Shown: one piece after another, positions 49,866 to 64,000 of the stretch
How the letters are laid out: every line of letters starts with the position of its first letter
Position numbering within the stretch: the first letter of the stretch is position 1
Assembly (NCBI GenBank): GCA_964016885.1
Contig: OZ024754.1
Span: forward strand, 22,134,001 to 22,198,000
Reading direction: 5' to 3'
Length of the DNA stretch: 64,000 bases
Source of the DNA: Eledone cirrhosa
Taxonomy: Eukaryota
Position numbers and translations under genes: made by a program
Notes under the pieces: model-generated
What the model was told of the DNA's origin: nothing
What the model saw: the letters and a program-made list of their open reading frames with translations, nothing else
The model's database searches: none

Positions 49866-50314
49866 CATCCCTGCGCTGTGCATCTCCAATACTTATAACA
49901 CTTTTAATGCTTGCACTATCTTTAATGCTTATAATATTTCTCCACACACAGACTATATCAATCATATAAAGACTTTGCCACCAGATCTACCAACCTAACA
50001 CTCTTATTTACCTACCTAAGTGCCTCTACCACACATATCTCTCTGCCACACTATATAAACAAGACGCACATGCGTGCCACACATATAACATTTGCACTAT
50101 ATAACCACTTATCTTCATGTTGTACTTTAACCTATATCTTTGATTTTTGATTGTACCTATTAATATAAATGTAATCTCGAAGTGTGTACTGCCACTCTAA
50201 ATTCTGTAATGAATGTTGACCCACAATGTTTGAATATGTATCAATGTTTGAATATGTATTGGTATGTCTCTCGGCTGAAAAGGAGGTCATATAACTGTCC
50301 ATGCATTAATAAAT

Positions 50315-50361
50315 TGCTCCGAAGAATCCAAACCTCGGTTTGGAGGAAACAGCTGTAAGCA
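50315..50361 (+). ncRNA. Type I hammerhead ribozyme (P5 inverted arm)
   Basis: Reverse complement of 46562-46608. Confidence 0.8.
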
Positions 50362-50562
50362 CAATAATGTTTTGAACAGTTCTTTGATTCTTATATTTCA
50401 TATAACTGTTCTGTAAATCATCTGATGTTTTTACATTGAGCTACTTAACTTACTGGTAATAAGGTAGTAATACATTACTGCCTACCACTATTTAGGGTGT
50501 GTGTAAAATACTTACAACTGCTTAAGGTTTTGTGTTTACATAACCATAAATAGTATAACTAA

Positions 50563-51271
<709 letters not shown>

Positions 51272-51425
51272 ATATATAAGGAGTTGACGGACTCAGTATA
51301 TTTATCAATGCCAAGACCGCTTCTATCTCAGCGTACTCAATAGGCAATGTAAGATACATTCCCAGAGTATAAACATAGTTATTCGCTTCAATACAACACA
51401 CGTAAAACGGGTGCCTATAATAGTT

Positions 51426-51536
51426 CCTGGACTCGAGTTTCGGCCACACTTAATGCAGCAGTAAGGTACACTGCACCCTCCATCTGCATATATTATGCAA
51501 CAAAGCATAATCGGCGTATGCGGCTTCATCAGCGGG
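51426..51536 (-). ncRNA. Hammerhead with branched, enlarged stem II
   Basis: cccg CTGATGA agccgcat...[hairpins]...gtgtggcc GAAA ctcgag TC / cagg. Confidence 0.65.
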
Positions 51537-51834
51537 TTTCGCCTAATCAATAACCAATCGATCGACAGAATTCAAACCCCAGCCCATGTCGGCCATGACT
51601 CGTTTGTGACAACCGACACAGTAAAGCGATTAGCAACTGGAATCCGATACAACTCTGCCCCTCGACTAGCCTCAGATTTACAAAAATTACGTGGTGGCGG
51701 GAGAATAGAAAACAAATCGTTTCGTTCCCGTCAAAAGCACTTAGCCAACGTGTCACACACACAAATTAATAAGAGGTGAAAAGATGGTTATTAGAAATAG
51801 CAGTCCCCCCTCCACATATATATATATATATATG

Positions 51835-52574
<740 letters not shown>

Positions 52575-52640
52575 ATTATATATATATATATTATATATAT
52601 AAATATATACATATATATATACACATACATACATATATAT

Positions 52641-52724
<84 letters not shown>

Positions 52725-52777
52725 TATATATGTATATATATATATATTTATATATAAATATGTATATTATATATATA

Positions 52778-53210
52778 AAGAGATTACGCAATAGTGATTG
52801 CCTAAACACGCAGACTGAATTTTTCACACGTTGTCCACACGTCACCAAACATCTATTACATAACTACAAGGCTCCGGACTGATTCTTTGTAATTTTATTT
52901 TTAAATTCTTTTTTTTTTTTATTTTATTTTCAACCAAATAACTTTCCGGACTTTCGCAGTTATCTCCCTTACACCCCCCGCACGCAGTCTACTATTGGCT
53001 GTGTGAAGTGACCGAGTTTCTGCGCATGCGCGTTCGTACGGTTGTCCTTCCTGTTCCTATAACCATATACATCCCGAGCTGAAGATCCGCGAAGGTGAAA
53101 CAATTGTTCTCGGTATGGTGAACTAACTGTTGTGTAACCACTTCTATCTAACTCGTCCCTTGGACTGAGTGCTCTACCTCTACGGATATTACCTTCCAGT
53201 GTTCCACCAC
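52778..53210 (+). mobile_element. Non-coding mini-element with intact HHR (53074-53113)
   Basis: ccgag CTGAAGA tcc-gcgaa-ggt GAAA caattg TT / ctcgg, stem I extended by accata/tatggt; (TA)n flanks. Confidence 0.8.
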
Positions 53211-53663
53211 TATATATATATTATATATATATATAGTATATGTATATATATAATATATATATCAATTATATATATATATATATAAATTCAGCAAGAATCG
53301 TATTTCGGCCGGTAGAAAAAGCGAAACGAAACACAAAATCGTAGAAATGCTGGCAACCGCTCCAATAGTTAAGAAAACTAGAGCTAAATAATATGTTAAA
53401 ACGCCAAACAAACTGAAAAGTGGTCAAGAAGGCATTAACGACCTAAGCCAAAAACAAATCAAGCTAAACAGGTCAAACAAAATAAATGATAAAAACAGAC
53501 CTGGACCCAAGTGGAATTGATGGTAAAATCCAAATGCAGGGTTTCTATGACACCTAAATCAATAATACTGTCTGCTTAAAACTATAAACTCTCAGCATAA
53601 CGATCGAACAAGGAATATCACGTTATCAATATATATATTTTATATATATATATATATATAAAA

Positions 53664-53762
<99 letters not shown>

Positions 53763-53869
53763 TATATATATATAAAATATATTTTATATATATAGATATT
53801 TTATATATATATATATATATATATAAAAAATATTTATATATATAAAATTTATATATATAAAATATTTAG

Positions 53870-53902
<33 letters not shown>

Positions 53903-54052
53903 AAAATATATTTTGTATATATTATATATATTTTATACATATTATATATATATATTATATATATTATATATATTTGTATATATATTATATTTTATATATA
54001 TTATATATCATTTTATATATATATATATTTTATATATATTATATATATCAAA

Positions 54053-54103
<51 letters not shown>

Positions 54104-54109
54104 TTATGT

Positions 54110-54641
54110 AACCATATTTATTTTATCATATATATTTCAAGGGTACCAAAATTTCGGTACACCCTCATCAGATAAAATACAACATTTGGTTTATAAATGT
54201 TGACATAGCCAAACTGAACCTCAACCGATAAGGTCTCGTTTCCTGGGTATGTCAACATTTATAAAACAAATTTTGTATTTTATCTGATGAGTGCGTACCA
54301 AAATTTATTTGCTGACAATTGTTTCTTCCAGAGGGGAGTCTGAAATCATCGGACTGTATTGACTCCTGAATTGTACACCACTTTTCCTTGCTTGTAACTT
54401 TTTTGCCTGTACCTTTTGATTATACCTCTTACACTTTCAACCAGTGCTGCCTGTAATTGTGTTCTCTCAAGCATAACATCTTTTTAACTCCTGACTCTCC
54501 ACAGGATGCCTTTGACACTAAAAACAATTATGTACCCTAAATGTTCTGAATGACTAGGATTTGAGTCACATGTTTCGACATTCCCTATGCTCCGATGATT
54601 CCAGACTTCCCCCCAGGAAGAAACAATTGTGAGCAAATAAA
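54110..54641. repeat. Two adjacent HHR-bearing fold-backs (HHRs 54121-54177 -, 54588-54635 +)
   Basis: ~54148-54206 pairs with ~54248-54306; 54303-54353 pairs with 54591-54641. Confidence 0.7.
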
Positions 54642-54807
54642 TATTCTAAACTAAAATTTGATCATTTTAACACTTTGTATCTCGGCTATGTAAAACACTT
54701 GAAAATTTGCATTGAGCCTTTTTGTTATACCGATAACCGGCTAGTACTTAGTACTACCCTCCATATTTATAGTTGTATCAAACATATATAAATATAAATA
54801 TCCTTAT

Positions 54808-54880
<73 letters not shown>

Positions 54881-54971
54881 AATATAAATTTAGCGAGAAT
54901 CGCATTTCGGCGAGTAGAAATTAGCGAAACGCAACTTCCGATTTGTGTTGGCGAGCACTCGACATGTGTAT

Positions 54972-55729
54972 TAGGCTGCTCAGCCGTTAATATGCATAAG
55001 GAAAGTATATTCTTTCAAACGTTCAATCATCTGACAGAAAGGTATACGATGCTGACGATAGCTAATAAGCTTGAAACTAATACATCGTTCCTGTATCAGT
55101 GTTGAACAAAATGGCAACGATGGTTGCCGAGCACTGTACGGCGTAATTCGGGCTGTTTGTTTACAAAAAAAACGAACATTATAATAAATGTTCGGTAAAC
55201 CAATACGTACACATATATATATATATATATATGTGCATGTATGTATATATATACATACTGCTGTACGTCTGTACACATATATGTATGTACGTATACATAC
55301 TTATATTTAGATATCAGCCGTACTAAGAGTGAGAAAGGAAATTTCGTTTCATTATTTTCCATTTATCGTTTTCGGTACGCCCGGCCGACTAACTCACTCG
55401 ATATGCAAATTAGGCTGATGAGCCGTTAATATGCATAAGGAAAGTATATACTTTCAAACGTTCAATCATCTGATAGAAAGGTATACGATGCTGACGATAG
55501 CTAATAAGCTTGAAACTAGTACATCGTTCCTGTGTCAGTGTTGAACAAAAGGGCGACGATGGTTGCCGTGCAGTGTACGGCGTAATTCGGGCTGTTTGTT
55601 TACAAACAAAGCGAACATTATAATAAATGTTCGGTAAACCCATACGTACATATATATATGTGTGCATGTATGTATATATATACATACTACTGTACGTCTG
55701 TACACATATATGTATGTACGTATACATGG

Positions 55730-55730
<1 letters not shown>
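54972..55730 (+). repeat. ~1.7 units (439-bp period) of the 452-bp retrozyme-like family; HHRs 55047-55087 and 55486-55526
   Basis: cgatg CTGACGA tagct-aata-agctt GAAA ctag TA / catcg; ATGCAAAT at ~55403. Confidence 0.85.
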
Positions 55731-55789
<59 letters not shown>

Positions 55790-55930
55790 GGTTTACATAT
55801 ACATAAAGTTATAGATATATATGTTGCAACCGGTCACTTTTTGGCTCTATGAAGAATTAATAAATTAATTATGCTAATTGGGAGACGAAATGGTATATAT
55901 TTTATCTAATAATTCTAAGGACATGATTTA

Positions 55931-55980
<50 letters not shown>

Positions 55981-56021
55981 GGCCTCAGCCGGATGGCTGG
56001 AATAGGTAAAAGAGTAAAAGA

Positions 56022-56062
<41 letters not shown>

Positions 56063-56084
56063 GTATGTCTATATATATTATATA

Positions 56085-56758
<674 letters not shown>

Positions 56759-56992
56759 TAGAAATAGAACTGTTGCGGTTAAGAGCCAAGTCCAACGAAG
56801 AAACATTCAAGTCACTCGACCAACAGATGGAAACAGAAATCTCAAGGCACTCTGAAGGCCCACTTTATGAAAAAAACCGTAAAACTTTGCAAAGAAAATT
56901 GTGAGGGTGAAGAACTAACATCCCTCCAGCGATGGGAAATAAAACGCCACCTGGTTCAACAACTATGAAATGGATTTCAAAAATGAACACCA

Positions 56993-57266
56993 TGTGGGTA
57001 TGGTGTGGCGTGCGTGCGATGGCCAGAAACTGGGGAGTGCTCGACCGGAAGAGTGCTTGACCGGAAGGGTGCTTGGCCGGAAGGGTGCTCGACCGGAAGG
57101 GCCAGCAGATCGGCCTCTCTCTAGTGGTGACCAGGAACGGTGTGGACGCGAGTTTTGGCAGCTCCCGGTGTTAATGAGTTGGACGCACGTGGAAGAGGAG
57201 AAACCAGCAATGGGATTTAGCGGCGCCTATGAAAAGCGGTAAGTGAGATAGCTTTTTCTAACCACA
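56993..57266 (+). repeat. 5' LTR
   Basis: About 7 substitutions and one 4-bp indel versus the 3' LTR; four 16-bp internal repeats g.gtgct.g.ccggaa. Confidence 0.95.
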
Positions 57267-57375
57267 AGGTATTTCGGCACTGATTGAAAAAAAAAAAAAA
57301 AAAAAAACTTTCTGGAAAAACAGAGAGGAGTCTGTTGGGTTTTTTTTTATCACGTACTGCAAGACAAATTAGGAT

Positions 57376-60300
57376 ATGGCGACGAGACTACGAACGAGCG
57401 AAGCGATTAGGACATTTACCGGTGAAGGCGATGTTGTCGCTTGGCTGCGAAAAGTCCGGCTGCTCGCAAGCTTACAGAAGATGTGGCTGGCCTCATGGCA
57501 CTGTACCTCGAGGGGGACTCTTCCTTCAGTTGGATGAACACAGCCAAAGACATGCGCAAAAGATTGAGAGGCGCATGATGGAAGCGTTCGCAGAGGGACC
57601 GTTAGCCGCTTTTGCTAAGCTGGCAAGAATTAGATGGAACAGTGAACGCGTTGACATTTTCGCAGCGGAAATACGGCGATTGGCCATGTTGGCTGGATAT
57701 CAGGTGGAATGCGAACGCACGGTGCGGTTGGCGTTCATAAATGGATTTCCAGACGACATAGCGGTGAAACTGCAGCAAGTCCCGGGTTACAAAGAAATGG
57801 AAATGTGTTCACTGGTAGAACAAGCCCGGATCATAGCAGAAGATGCCAAGAAGAGTGTCGCGGCGATAGCAACTACAGAAGATCAAGACAGCTGGTAGCG
57901 AAATGGTGAAAGGGAGGCAACCACGGCACGCGGTGGCTCGCGAACGTTTAGAGGTCGCTGTTTTAGGTGCCACGGCCCGCACATGGCTAGAGACTGTAGA
58001 GAGTCAAGGCCGGAAATAATATGCTACCGGTGTAAGCGACCAGGCCACATCGCTAACTGCGACCAGGGAAACGATCCAAGGGGAACTACTGCGCCGGTAG
58101 TTGCCCCTTACGAGTAGAGATGCTGCCCGTAGTGGAAGTCTTCGTGAGGGGAAATCCACAGCGAGTCCTCGTGGACACGGGCTGTACAACGACACTGGTG
58201 ACCGCGAGGGTGGCGCAGAGGTGGAGAGGGTAGAGCAGCGTAAGGGCAGGCGACGGCAGGAAAATTGAATGCCGAGGTCGCAGCGAGGTGGAGATAGCGG
58301 TACGGGGAAGGAAAATAAGGCTTTCTGCCATCATAATTGACAACGTGGTGGATGGGATCAGCGTGGTTATGGGCATGGACGCAATTGGCCGTCTAGGAGG
58401 CGTTACAGTGAACAACGTCGGTGTGTCGTTTGGCGGCGCTGCATCGGTATGCGCTGTGAGTACGCGACAAGAGAACCAGAAGGCCCACGAGGAGAAATAC
58501 CCCGCTTACACTGTACAGGACAAAGACTCCAAGGCCGTGTTCGATGGGCAGCGATGGGTTGTTGAGTGGTACTGGAAGGGAGAACCACCAACACTGAAGA
58601 CCAAAGTGGGCTGCTATCAACACACATTGAAGGGAAACATTAGGAGCGAGTTCGAGCAAGAGGTAAAGAGATGGGTTGAGGAGGGCATACTGCTTCCCTG
58701 GAAAGAGGAGGTGAAGTGCGGAGTATTGCCGTTAATGGCGGTGGCGCAATCCACGAAGAACAAGGTGAGGCCGGTGCTGGACTTTAGGGAGCTGAACGAG
58801 CACGTGTCATGCAACACGGGTGGCGAGGTCACGGATGTCTGTGGGGAAACCCTGCGTGAGTGGAGACGCATAACGGGGGGGGTTCAGCAATCGTAGATCT
58901 AAAGTCGGCATACTTGCAATTGCATATAGATTAGAAGCTCTGGCAGTATCAGCTGGTCAGGTATAAGGGCCGGACATATTGCCTGACCAGGCTCGGTTTC
59001 GGGCTGAGCTCCGCACCGAAGATCATGGCGGCGGTCCTCAAGACCATTCTGGGAAAGGCCGACAAGATGAAAAGGGCCACTAACTCCTACGTTGACGACA
59101 TCCTAGTGGACGAGTCTGTGGTGTCGGCGGCGGAGGTCACGAGCCATTTACAGGGGTATGGACTGGCTGCGAAGCCGTCAGAAGCGTTGGAGGGAGGAGC
59201 CGCGCTGGGACTTAGGCTACGGCAAGACAGGACGGGCATCTTGGTATTCCAGAGGGGAAATGAAGTTCCAGAACTGGGCCCTAGTATGAGTAGGCGGGAG
59301 CTTTTCTCGGTGTGTGGAAAGTTGGTGGGTCACTACCCGATTGCTGGGTGGCTCCGGACGGCATGCAGCTATGTCAAGAGACGAGCGGGAGGGGTGACTT
59401 GGAGTGACAAACTGGGAGAGAGGACGGTGGCCATGATGCAGGAGATTGTGGGGAGGGTGAAGGCCGACGACCCAGTGCGGGGACGCTGGTATGTTCCCAA
59501 ATCGCAGAGCGGGACCGTATGGTGCGATGCCAGCAGCATAGCGCTGGGTGTCACGTTGGATATAGGAGGTGTTGAGGTCGAGGATGCAGCCTGGCTTAGG
59601 AAGAAGGACGACTGCAACCACATCAATGTGGCCGAACTGGACGCAGTGTTGAGAGGGGTGAACCTCGCCCTGAGGTGGGGACTGCGCACCATCGAGATAC
59701 GCACTGACTCGGCTACTGTACTCGGATGGGTGAGATCAGTGCTCACCAGTGAGAAGAGAGTGCGAACGAGAGGGGCGGCGGAGATGCTGATAAAGCGCCT
59801 CCTGGGAACTTTAGGAGAGCTGGCCACCGAGTTCGACCTGAGGTTGAGCGTAGTTTTCGTGCCCTCAGAGAAAAATAGGGCGGACGTCTTAACTAGGGTG
59901 AAGAAAGCCTGGATGGAAGCGCCGGAAGAGGTAGAAGATGAGATAGCTGCCGTATGTCGGCTGACCGAGTCGGATCTGAAAGGGTTGCATGACATGCACC
60001 ACATGGGAGTGGATAGGAGCCTGTTCCTAGCCAGGAGAATCGACTCGGACGTTAACAGACACAGTGTTCAAAGGGTGGTTAGAGGCTGCATCCAATGTCA
60101 GTCCATTGATCCCGCCCCGGGTGTGCACGAAACGGGAAGCCTCCCGGTGGATCGCAACTGGAAGCGATTGGCGGTGGATGTAACGCACTACCGACAGGAA
60201 ACGTACCTCTCGATGGTCGACTGTGAACCAGGACGGATGGCGATATGGAGGGAGATGAAGACTGGAACGGCCGAGGAAATCATGCGGACGTTGAGAAAGG

Positions 60301-60925
60301 TGTTCTTGGAGCGGGGCCCTGTGGACGAACTGCTGATGGACAACAGCGCAGCGTTCCGCTCGGAGGCGCTGAGGGAGATGCTCGATGGATGGAAGGTGGA
60401 CCGTTTCTTCAGAGCAGTGCACAGGCCGAGCGGGAATGGAATTGTGGAGCGACACCACCGGACGATCAAGGCAATAGCGGAGCGGGGCCATATCTCACCA
60501 ATGGAGGCAGTGTTAAGTACAACATGTCCCCTCGGGTGGGACAGGTCGAGGAATCGGTGCCACACAGAGCAGTATTCAGATACGAGTGGCGGCATCCGTT
60601 TACGCCACCACAACGGCCAGTGGGGAGAGAGAGTGCATTCGTGCAGGTGGGCGAAGAAGTCTGGGTTAAGCCCCCAGATGCACGTTGCACATCTCAATGG
60701 GGAAGGGGAACGGTGACGGCCGTAAATTCCCAGAACAATGTGTCCGTGGACGGAGTACCACGTCATGTCCTGGATGTCCGTAGAATCACTGTGTCAACGG
60801 ACTCCGAGGAAGAGGAAACCCAAAGTGCTGCCCCAACACTGCGGAGATCGCAAAGAAGTCGCAAACCACCAACCTGGACAGCAGCCTTTCATATGCAGAA
60901 GGACGAGAGGGAAATTGATCCTTGA
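57376..60925 (+). pseudogene. Gypsy gag-pol (frameshifts and stops)
   Basis: Knuckles CFRCHGPHMARDC and CYRCKRPGHIANC; protease LVDTG; RT RPVLDFRELN...YVDD; RNase H WCDAS...AEL...TDS; integrase H-H-C-C, VD...MDN...GIVER. Confidence 0.9.
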
Positions 60926-60938
60926 GATCAGGGGGGCG

Positions 60939-61208
60939 TGTGGGTATGGTGCGGCGTGCGGTGGCCGGAAGCTGGGGAGTGCTCGACCGGAAGAGTGCTT
61001 GACCGGAAGGGTGCTTGGCCGGAAGGGTGCTCGACCGGAAGGGCCAGCAGATCGGCCTCTCTCTAGTGGTGACCAGGAACGGTGTGGACGCGAGTTTTGG
61101 CAGCTCCTGGTGTTAATGAGTTGGACGCACGTGGAAGAGGAGAAACCAGCAATGGGATTTAGCGGTGCCTATGAAAAGCGGTAAGTGAGATAGTTTTTTC
61201 TAACCACA
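60939..61208 (+). repeat. 3' LTR
   Basis: See 5' LTR. Confidence 0.95.
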
Positions 61209-62220
61209 CACCACACAGGTAACCCATTTTTAAAACAAACTAAAACTCACACACCACACTCACAACAAATAACAAAAATAGTAACAAAACGTCCAACATA
61301 CCCCCTGCAAAACTATGACGATAATCCCAGAATCCACAGAGAAAACTATAGCCCTACTAAAAAAAACGAATGTCCCCCAACACAAGACAGGACTCGATCC
61401 GCAGATCACAACCCACACAAAACCTGTTCCAAAACCGTAGACCTCAACCCTCACAGAACCTGTTCCAAAATCGTCGATCTCAACCCACACAAAGGAACAA
61501 AATTTACAGCCCGGACCATCAACAAACTGAATCTCAATACGCCCGAAACTTCTATACAAGACCACACGACAACAACAGGGGAAATGCCATTAGATATAAT
61601 AATACCCAGGAAAAAACAATTCAGAAAAATCATTTTTTAGACCAAGGCTACCGGACCCACGACACCCGGTGGCACAAACCGATTTTGAAAATCCGAAAAT
61701 AATCAACCTTTCAAATACAAACTTCTCAGCCCAACAAATTAAAATTCTCTCCAAAGGACTGAAATTCACACCAACACCACAATACTCTAACCCCAATGAG
61801 ATAAATGACGATATCTCACACTTCTGTAGAAAATTACGTCTCACAGAGGAATTCTTTGACAAGGAGAATAACGACGTATCAATTGTACGGAATAAAAGCA
61901 GCTACAACCCAACAAAAGGTAGAAACAGACTTCTGGACAAATTTTGTGACTACATAGCAACTTTCCCATACCATGAACTACCGCAACCTAAACCCAAACC
62001 CAACACGAGTCGAAGGGAATGGGAGATTATCCATGAACTAAAAAACAATACTGACATTATAATTAAGGAAGCGGACAAGGGAAGTACTGTCGTTATTATG
62101 GATGCTGAACAGTATAAGAATTCTATGTTCTCTCTCTTACAATACACTAACTACTATGAAAGACTAAAAAACTACCAGCATTCAAAAACGATGACCAGAT
62201 TAAACACACACATACACACT
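61209..62220 (+). pseudogene. N-terminal part of a PLE RT of a different clade (P6), interrupted by the Gypsy element and cut at (CA)n
   Basis: IINLS...ILSKGLKFTPTP...FCRKLRL...IIIKEADKGSTVVIMD; probably continues at 56755-56992. Confidence 0.75.
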
Positions 62221-62239
62221 CACATACAGAATCATTTTC

Positions 62240-62338
<99 letters not shown>

Positions 62339-62664
62339 AGCACACAAATAAAAATACATATCTCTGCTTTCTTTATTTCAATAGAAAGTCTGAATTTTGA
62401 CACCTCAGCACATCAGCCATACTCACTGAACCAGAACAATTCTCCCCATCCCTTTTTTCTTGACCATTATCTTTTGTTTGGCACCAAATTCTCTAAATGA
62501 CTACAAAAAAAATTCCCAAATACGGGCGCGAAATTTAATATACTTACTTGAGCCACTTTTTTAAGTGAAAAGAAACCTCAAACACGAACTGGTGCGAATG
62601 TTGATGTGCTTATTCACGTGACTGCGTCAACCAACCAAATTTCACTCATATATGAAAAAAACAA

Positions 62665-63487
62665 TCGCTTTGTTCGTTTGTAAACAAACGGACAGCCTGA
62701 TTTACGCCGTACAGTGTTCAGGCAACCACGTCACCTTTTTGTTTAACACTGACACAGGAACGATGTACTAGTTTCAAGCTTGTTAGCTATCGTCAGCACC
62801 GTATACCTTTCTGCCAGATGGTTGAACGTTCGAAAGTATATACTTTCCTTATGAAAATTAACGGCTGAGCAGCCTAATTTGCATATCGAGTGAGTTCAGT
62901 CGGCCAGGCGCACCGAAAACGATAAATGGAATAGAATGAAACGAAATTTCATTTCTCACTCTTAGTACGGCACTTACATAAATGTAAGTATGTATGTATA
63001 CGTACATACATATATGTATACAGACGTACAGTAGCATGTATATATATATATATATATATATACAGGCACACATATATATATGCACGTATCAGTTTACCGA
63101 ACATTTATTATAATGTTCGCTTTGTTCGTTTGTAAACAAACGGACAGCCTGATTTACGCCGTACAGTGTTCAGGCAACCACGTCACCTTTTTGTTCAACA
63201 CTGACACAGGAACGATGTACTAGTTTCAAGCTTGTTAGCTATCGTCAGCACCGTATACCTTTCTGCCAGATGGTTGAACGTTCGAAAGTATATACTTTCC
63301 TTATGAAAATTAACGGCTGAGCAGCCTAATTTGCATATCGAGTGAGTTCAGTCGGCCAGGCGCACCGAAAACGATAAATGGAATAGAATGAAACGAAATT
63401 TCATTTCTCACTCTTAGTACGGCACTTACATAAATGTAAGTATGTATGTATACGTACATACATATATGTATACAGACATACAGTAGC

Positions 63488-63546
<59 letters not shown>

Positions 63547-64000
63547 CAGGCACATATATATATATGCACGTATCAGTTTACCGAACATTTATTATAATGT
63601 TCGCTTTGTTCGTTTGTAAACAAACGGACAGCCTGATTTACGCCGTACAGTGTTCAGGCAACCACGTCACCTTTTTGTTCAACACTGACACAGGAACGAT
63701 GTACTAGTTTCAAGCTTGTTAGCTATCGTCAGCACCGTATACCTTTCTGCCAGATGGTTGAACGTTCGAAAGTATATACTTTCCTTATGAAAATTAACGG
63801 CTGAGCAGCCTAATTTGCATATCGAGTGAGTTCAGTCGGCCAGGCACACCGAAAACGATAAATGGAATAGAATGAAACGAAATTTCATTTCTCACTCTTA
63901 GTCCGGCACTTACATAAATGTAAGTATGTATGTATACGTACATACATATATGTATACAAACGTACAGTAGCATGTATATATATATATATATATATATATA
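62665..64000 (-). repeat. 452/484-bp tandem array, one HHR per unit (62761-62801, 63213-63253, 63697-63737)
   Basis: Units start at 62665, 63117, 63601; minus strand cggtg CTGACGA tagct-aaca-agctt GAAA ctag TA / catcg; ATTTGCAT in each unit. Confidence 0.92.

Larger units (their letters stand above)
56993..61208 (+). mobile_element. Ty3/Gypsy LTR retrotransposon, defective, TSD CACCA
   Basis: LTRs TG...CA at 56993-57266 and 60939-61208; cacca on both flanks; polypurine tract before the 3' LTR; order gag-PR-RT-RH-IN. Confidence 0.95.

Noticed and set aside
49866-49965. N-terminus of the 644-aa ORF
   Set aside because: Derives from the inverted pLTR arm, not from the RT
53280-53630. A-rich stretch whose start resembles 54885-54935
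   Set aside because: Similarity is too short to assign; no ORF or structure I can support
55411-55460. CTGATGAG...GAAAgtatatacTT as a second hammerhead
   Set aside because: No stem I pairing, and other copies read ctgctcag

Overview
This is AT-rich animal genomic DNA made almost entirely of repeats. The SINE and the (TA)n load suggest an octopod cephalopod, but that is inference. I see no host gene. Four layers are present. (1) At least six Penelope-like retroelements (PLEs; RT + GIY-YIG), mostly 5'-truncated and set in (TA)n. (2) About 35 type I hammerhead ribozyme (HHR) motifs read by eye. Some lie in PLE 3' ends, some in ORF-less fold-back mini-elements, and one sits in each complete unit of two related ~440-484 bp tandem 'satellites' (10232-13303; 13486-13830, 54972-55730, 62665-64000). 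These satellites look like retrozymes and share a conserved octamer dyad. (3) A 23-kb pile-up of nine non-LTR retrotransposon insertions separated mostly by (TAA)n tracts (21199-44259): six R4/Dong-like RLE copies on + and three Tx1/L1-like APE copies on -, one of them intact. (4) A Gypsy LTR element with a 5-bp TSD, plus Helitron, RTE and SINE remnants. The best candidate for an undescribed system is the hammerhead/octamer retrozyme family, whose largest array has twin-priming geometry and which is probably mobilised by the co-resident PLEs. All alignments and folds were done by eye; no searches were run.
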